Shown here: positions 59,701 to 64,000 of the stretch, one piece after another
Layout of the letters: the number at the start of each line of letters is the position of its first letter
Numbering within the stretch: the stretch's first letter is position 1
DNA from: Piromyces finnis finn
Lineage: Eukaryota; Fungi; Neocallimastigomycota
Assembly (NCBI GenBank): GCA_002104945.1
Contig: MCFH01000006.1
Location: 1,054,001 to 1,118,000, forward strand
Direction: 5' to 3'
DNA length: 64,000 bases
Program-made: the position numbers and the translations under genes
The notes under the pieces: generated by a model
The model's database searches: none
Told to the model about the DNA's origin: nothing
Seen by the model: the letters and a program-made list of their open reading frames with translations, nothing else

Positions 59701-62194
59701 AATGATGCTCATGGTTTAAATTTTATTCTTAAATTATTCAACCGTATTTGGGATGGAGATTTCCCCAACTCATGGAATGAATCCAGTATTGTTTCTATTC
59801 CTAAGAAGGGAGATTTGACAGATTGTGATAACTATCGAGGTATATCACTTATCAATAATGGTATTAAGTTGATTTCCAAAATTGTCACCACTAGAATCTC
59901 AGAATATGGTTTAAAGAATAATTTCATTAGACCTGAACAATTTGGTTTTCGAAAAAAGGAAGAAAGTATTAGTCTTTTCATTTCAATCCAAGAAATATGC
60001 CGTAGACGTCAATTAGATAATAAAGAGACATATTTGGCCTTTTTAGATCTCAGGAAAGCATACGATTCAGTCCCAATCGGTAATATTCTCCATAAATTAG
60101 ATTGTTTAGGAATCCGAGGTAAGAGTCTACAATTTATCAAAAATTTATATTTAACATCTAAGGCTAATGTCAAATTAGATGGACAATTCTCGAAATCTTT
60201 TGATGTGAAGAAAGGAGTCCGTCAAGGTTGCCCTCTTTCTCCTATTCTCTTTAATCTCTTTATTAATGATATATTTAGAGAGTGCGAAGATCTAGGAGTC
60301 AGTTTAGGTGACACTCGATGCTGTGGTGGACTTTTTGCAGATGATATAGTTATTTGTGCTCCAACAAGAGGATGCTTAAAAAAGATGCTTAGAAGAGTTA
60401 ATGAATGGGCCTTGTATAATGAAATGGAATTTGGTATCCAGAAATGTTCAACGATGGTGATTCGTCCTGAATCAATAGAAAATCAGAACAAGAGAGATCC
60501 AACATTTTACTTAGCAGGACAACCCATTCCAACTACTGATTGTTATACTTATCTTGGTGTTCCATTTGATAAGAATCTGTCCCTTAAACCAGTAATTAAA
60601 GCTCTTAATAACAAGGTTTTGAAAGGGCTTTTCTCAGTCAGTAAATTCTTAAGAAATCCTAATATTCCTATTCCTTTCAAAAAACTAGTACTTAACTCAC
60701 AAGTGATTAGCAGAGTTTCATACTTTGCACCATTACTTGGATCCAACAAAGCTAGGTCTAGGATTGCTCAGAAGCATGTTAACAAAGGAATACGATGGGT
60801 TGCCGGAGTTCATAAAGCTGTATCGTTTATATCTTTATACTCTATTTCAAAAGATTTGAATATTCCTCCATTGTCAGCCAAATGTGCGTTAGCTCAGGTT
60901 AGATGTTTTAACAAATGGAAAAACTCAAATTGTATTATCTCACACCTTGTCAATTACATTCCTAAATTTAGAAAATACACGTGGTGCAAATCAAGTAGGA
61001 CACTTGATAAAAAATTAAAGAAACATGGAGATGTTAAAGCAGTTAAAAACTTTTATTGGAAAGATCTCAAAGGGAATTCAATCAAAGCGCAATATTATGA
61101 TGATAATAAATTTATTGAAACTAAAGATTTTATTAAATTATGTTATGAGTACCCAGAGTTTGCCTATGGCTTCTACTGGCTATTGAAAGCAAGAAGCGGA
61201 TACAAGTTGGATGCTAGAGTTGCCAAAGCTGCCAAATTTGTTGATCCAGTTTGTCCTAACTACTGTCCATGTTGCAAGTGTGGAGATCAAAGTATTAAAC
61301 ATTGGTTATTAGATTGTCCAACATTTAGAGATATCCGTATTAAACATTATGATTCTATAGTCCAGCTATTAAATTTTTTCAGTCAACGTAATTCCAATAG
61401 TCCTATCAATAATAATGAAATTGATAATATCAGTAGAGATAGTAATAACATTAATAGTAATAGTAACAATAGTAGTAATAACAATAGTAATAGTAACAAT
61501 AGTAATAGTAACAATAGTAATAATAACAATAATAGAAATAATAATATTAGTAATGATAGCAATAGTGAAGATAATAATTCTAATTTAGATAGTAATTTAG
61601 TTAATGATAGTAATAGTTCTAATAATCCGGTGAATATTAATGTGTATGATTATTCTAGTGTGTGCAGTAAAATATTTAAATTCCTTCTTGGGGGAAGAAG
61701 TTTTAACAATATTAATTACAATTCAAGGGAATGGAAAGAACTTTGTAAGCGTCAGATTCAATCTGGTACTAACGAAGGAACACCATTCTTGACGGTAACC
61801 GCGGAACTTCTAACCAAAATCATGCCTTTTGCTATTGGCCAGCAATGGTCAATGTTCAAAAGGTTTGAAGCAACATCCAAGAGCGTCAATGCTGAAGAAA
61901 CAGTAAGACAGGCCAGGAGGGCCAGCGCAACCAATGGAGATCATAATTTTGTTCCATGACAAAATTTTGATCTTTGGCTCGGTGTCCCATTGGAAGTCAA
62001 ATACAATTATTATACTTTAGTATGATAGTGGCTTTCTTACTTTAATTAAAATTACTAGAATACATTATACCCAATTTTTATTCATTTGTGTTTATTTAAA
62101 CATATTTTTTTTTATTTTTATTTTATTTTAATTTTTTATTACATGTATTATAATTTTAATTAAATTAATAATAAAGTTTAAAATATTTGATGCC

Positions 62195-62254
<60 letters not shown>
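56568..62254 (+). mobile_element. Non-LTR retrotransposon copy 4, full length with 1.8 5' monomers, ORF (57438-61959) with two 1-nt deletions, poly(A) ~57 nt
   Basis: Frameshifts at ~58236 (T-run) and ~58474. Poly(A) at 62198-62254. Confidence 0.93.
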
Positions 62255-62256
<2 letters not shown>

Positions 62257-64000
62257 AGAAAGAAAAAAAAATAAATCCAATATGCTTGGTGCCCTCTTAG
62301 GAACGTGCCTTCATTTATTTAATAATGGAGTTTATCAAGGGGGTCTACTCATGCTCATGGTACTGAGAGAGTAGAAAGAATTAAATCCAAGCATTGCGCA
62401 ATGGATGCTTGGTTAGTCTTTAAGGGAAAATTATTAGGACTAAGCTCATGGTACTGAGCGATTAAAAAACATTTTATTCATCGAATTTAAGTATTTGATG
62501 AATAAGTTGAATGTTTGATATTCAGGTAAGTTTGTATAGTATTTAATTAGAAGAGTAATACATTTTGTTGCTGTATTTTTTCTTTTATTCATGTATTCAT
62601 GTAGTACTACTCTTCTCTTGTAAGAATCCAATGTAGTCAACTTTAGCATTTGCATTGTATTTTTATATTCATGTAGCTATTGTTGTATTGTTTCTTGTAA
62701 GAGACTGATTCACTCTACATCATGTAAAAATACTATTCACAAGCTTTCTGGTGTCGACATTCTTGATTCAAATTTTTTACCAATTTAAATATTTAATGAA
62801 AAGTAAAGTCAAACAAGTTTAGTGTCAAAAAGCGATTCGAATTTACTAACAACAAACCAAAACTAGAATTTTTAAAGAAAATTTACAACTAGAATTCAAA
62901 AAAAGAAACTTTAAACAAAGCATCGTAACAATTTTTGTACTATCCAGTACTTTTAAGAAGAGAGAGAGAGACAGATTTTTTTTCCATATACGTTATATTT
63001 ATAATTTTTATTAGTATTTATTTTATATTCAATATTTTTTAATTAGAATTATTATCATGTCAGTCCTTTATATTAAAGATAAGAATTATATCAGACGTGG
63101 TACCCGGTCTTATGGTATCCCCTTAGATGATATTCGCTCCTTCTTTATCCGTGGTATTCGATCATGGTCAGTAAATATGCTATGGGAAAAACTCGAGGTT
63201 ATTCTAGAAGATAAATTTAATTCAGTTATTAGTGTTAAATATTTTCAGACTTTCAATGATCACTTTTTCTTAGTCAAGGTTCATGGTTCATCGAAAGATT
63301 GTATTAAAATCTTACACATGTTAAAGAAGAAACTTTCAGTTACCTCAATTTCCTTTTCAGCTCGTAGTAGAAGGAATCACAAATACACTTTTTCCACTCT
63401 CAAACGTAAAATTTTAGTTTCTAATAAACATCAACATTCTATTCAACAATCATTTCAACAATCAGTTCAACAATCTCATCAACAATCCGATCTTCAACTA
63501 GATCTTCAACAAGATCTTCAACAAGTTTCCAATCATGAAAATATTCCAGATCTACAGCAAACACAATTTCAATCTCAACATTCAACAATTAATTCTAATA
63601 GCTCTATCAACTCTGATAACAGTTCAATAGTTGATAGTTCTTCAGTTTCACAGCCATCTAGTAATAGTTCTACTTATTCCTCTGATGCATCATCCATTAA
63701 TAACGATGACTTTAATAATAATAATAATAGCAACGATTCTTCCTCATCCAACAAGCCTGATAACTTTTCTTTTTGTCTTAGTTGGAACACCAATGGGTGG
63801 AATCACGAAAAGAGAGATAGTATTAGCTATTTCACAGCTATTTTCAAACCATTATTTTTATGTTTCCAAGAAACTGGTAATGGTTCTGGATCGAATACAG
63901 ATTATCCTTGTCGTGTTACTTTGCGAAACTATAGACACTTTTTCAAGAAAGCTGACGAATCAGTTCCGGGAATGAGAGGTTTATATTTAGGTTTTCACAA
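62255..64000 (+). mobile_element. Non-LTR retrotransposon copy 5 (5' part; ORF from ATG 63057 runs open off the window end)
   Basis: Same 5' UTR and ORF start as copies 2-4. Confidence 0.92.

Noticed and set aside
46717-63975. Recurrent short overlapping ORFs in the retrotransposon (MIVLQF..., MSNKER..., MLDPSN...)
   Set aside because: They are shadows of the main ORF and recur only because the copies are nearly identical.
43748-64000. HeT-A/TART-like telomere-elongating array
   Set aside because: The 5' ends point toward the gene-dense interior (left), opposite to Drosophila telomeric arrays, and no telomeric repeats are visible in the window.

Overview
Extremely AT-rich, intron-rich eukaryotic DNA that is very likely from an anaerobic gut fungus (Neocallimastigomycota): it carries an intronless GH48 cellulase with two fungal non-catalytic dockerin domains. 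The left 43 kb is a single-copy gene region. In order it holds a NEK-like Ser/Thr kinase with a very long disordered tail (-), a protein with a C-terminal REV1-like BRCT domain (-), a LURP-one/tubby-C-like protein (-), a secreted expansin-like DPBB protein with 20-aa repeats (+), a metaxin/Sam35-like protein with an extra N-terminal region (-), eIF3a (-), PUF60/Half-pint (+), an Air1/2-like zinc-knuckle protein (-), a P1B (Cu-type) ATPase homologue in which essentially every catalytic and metal-binding motif is substituted (-), and Cel48A (+). From about 43.75 kb to the window end lies a head-to-tail array of at least five copies of one ~5.6 kb single-ORF non-LTR retrotransposon (RRM-like + APE endonuclease + RT + CCHC), each complete copy ending in its own poly(A) tail. 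The element has ~124-bp hairpin-rich 5' monomers, a consensus 341-nt spliceosomal intron signature in its 5' UTR and a stem-loop over the stop codon. One junction carries a 13-bp duplication suggesting insertion into the element's own 5' end. Exon boundaries were read by eye and are approximate.
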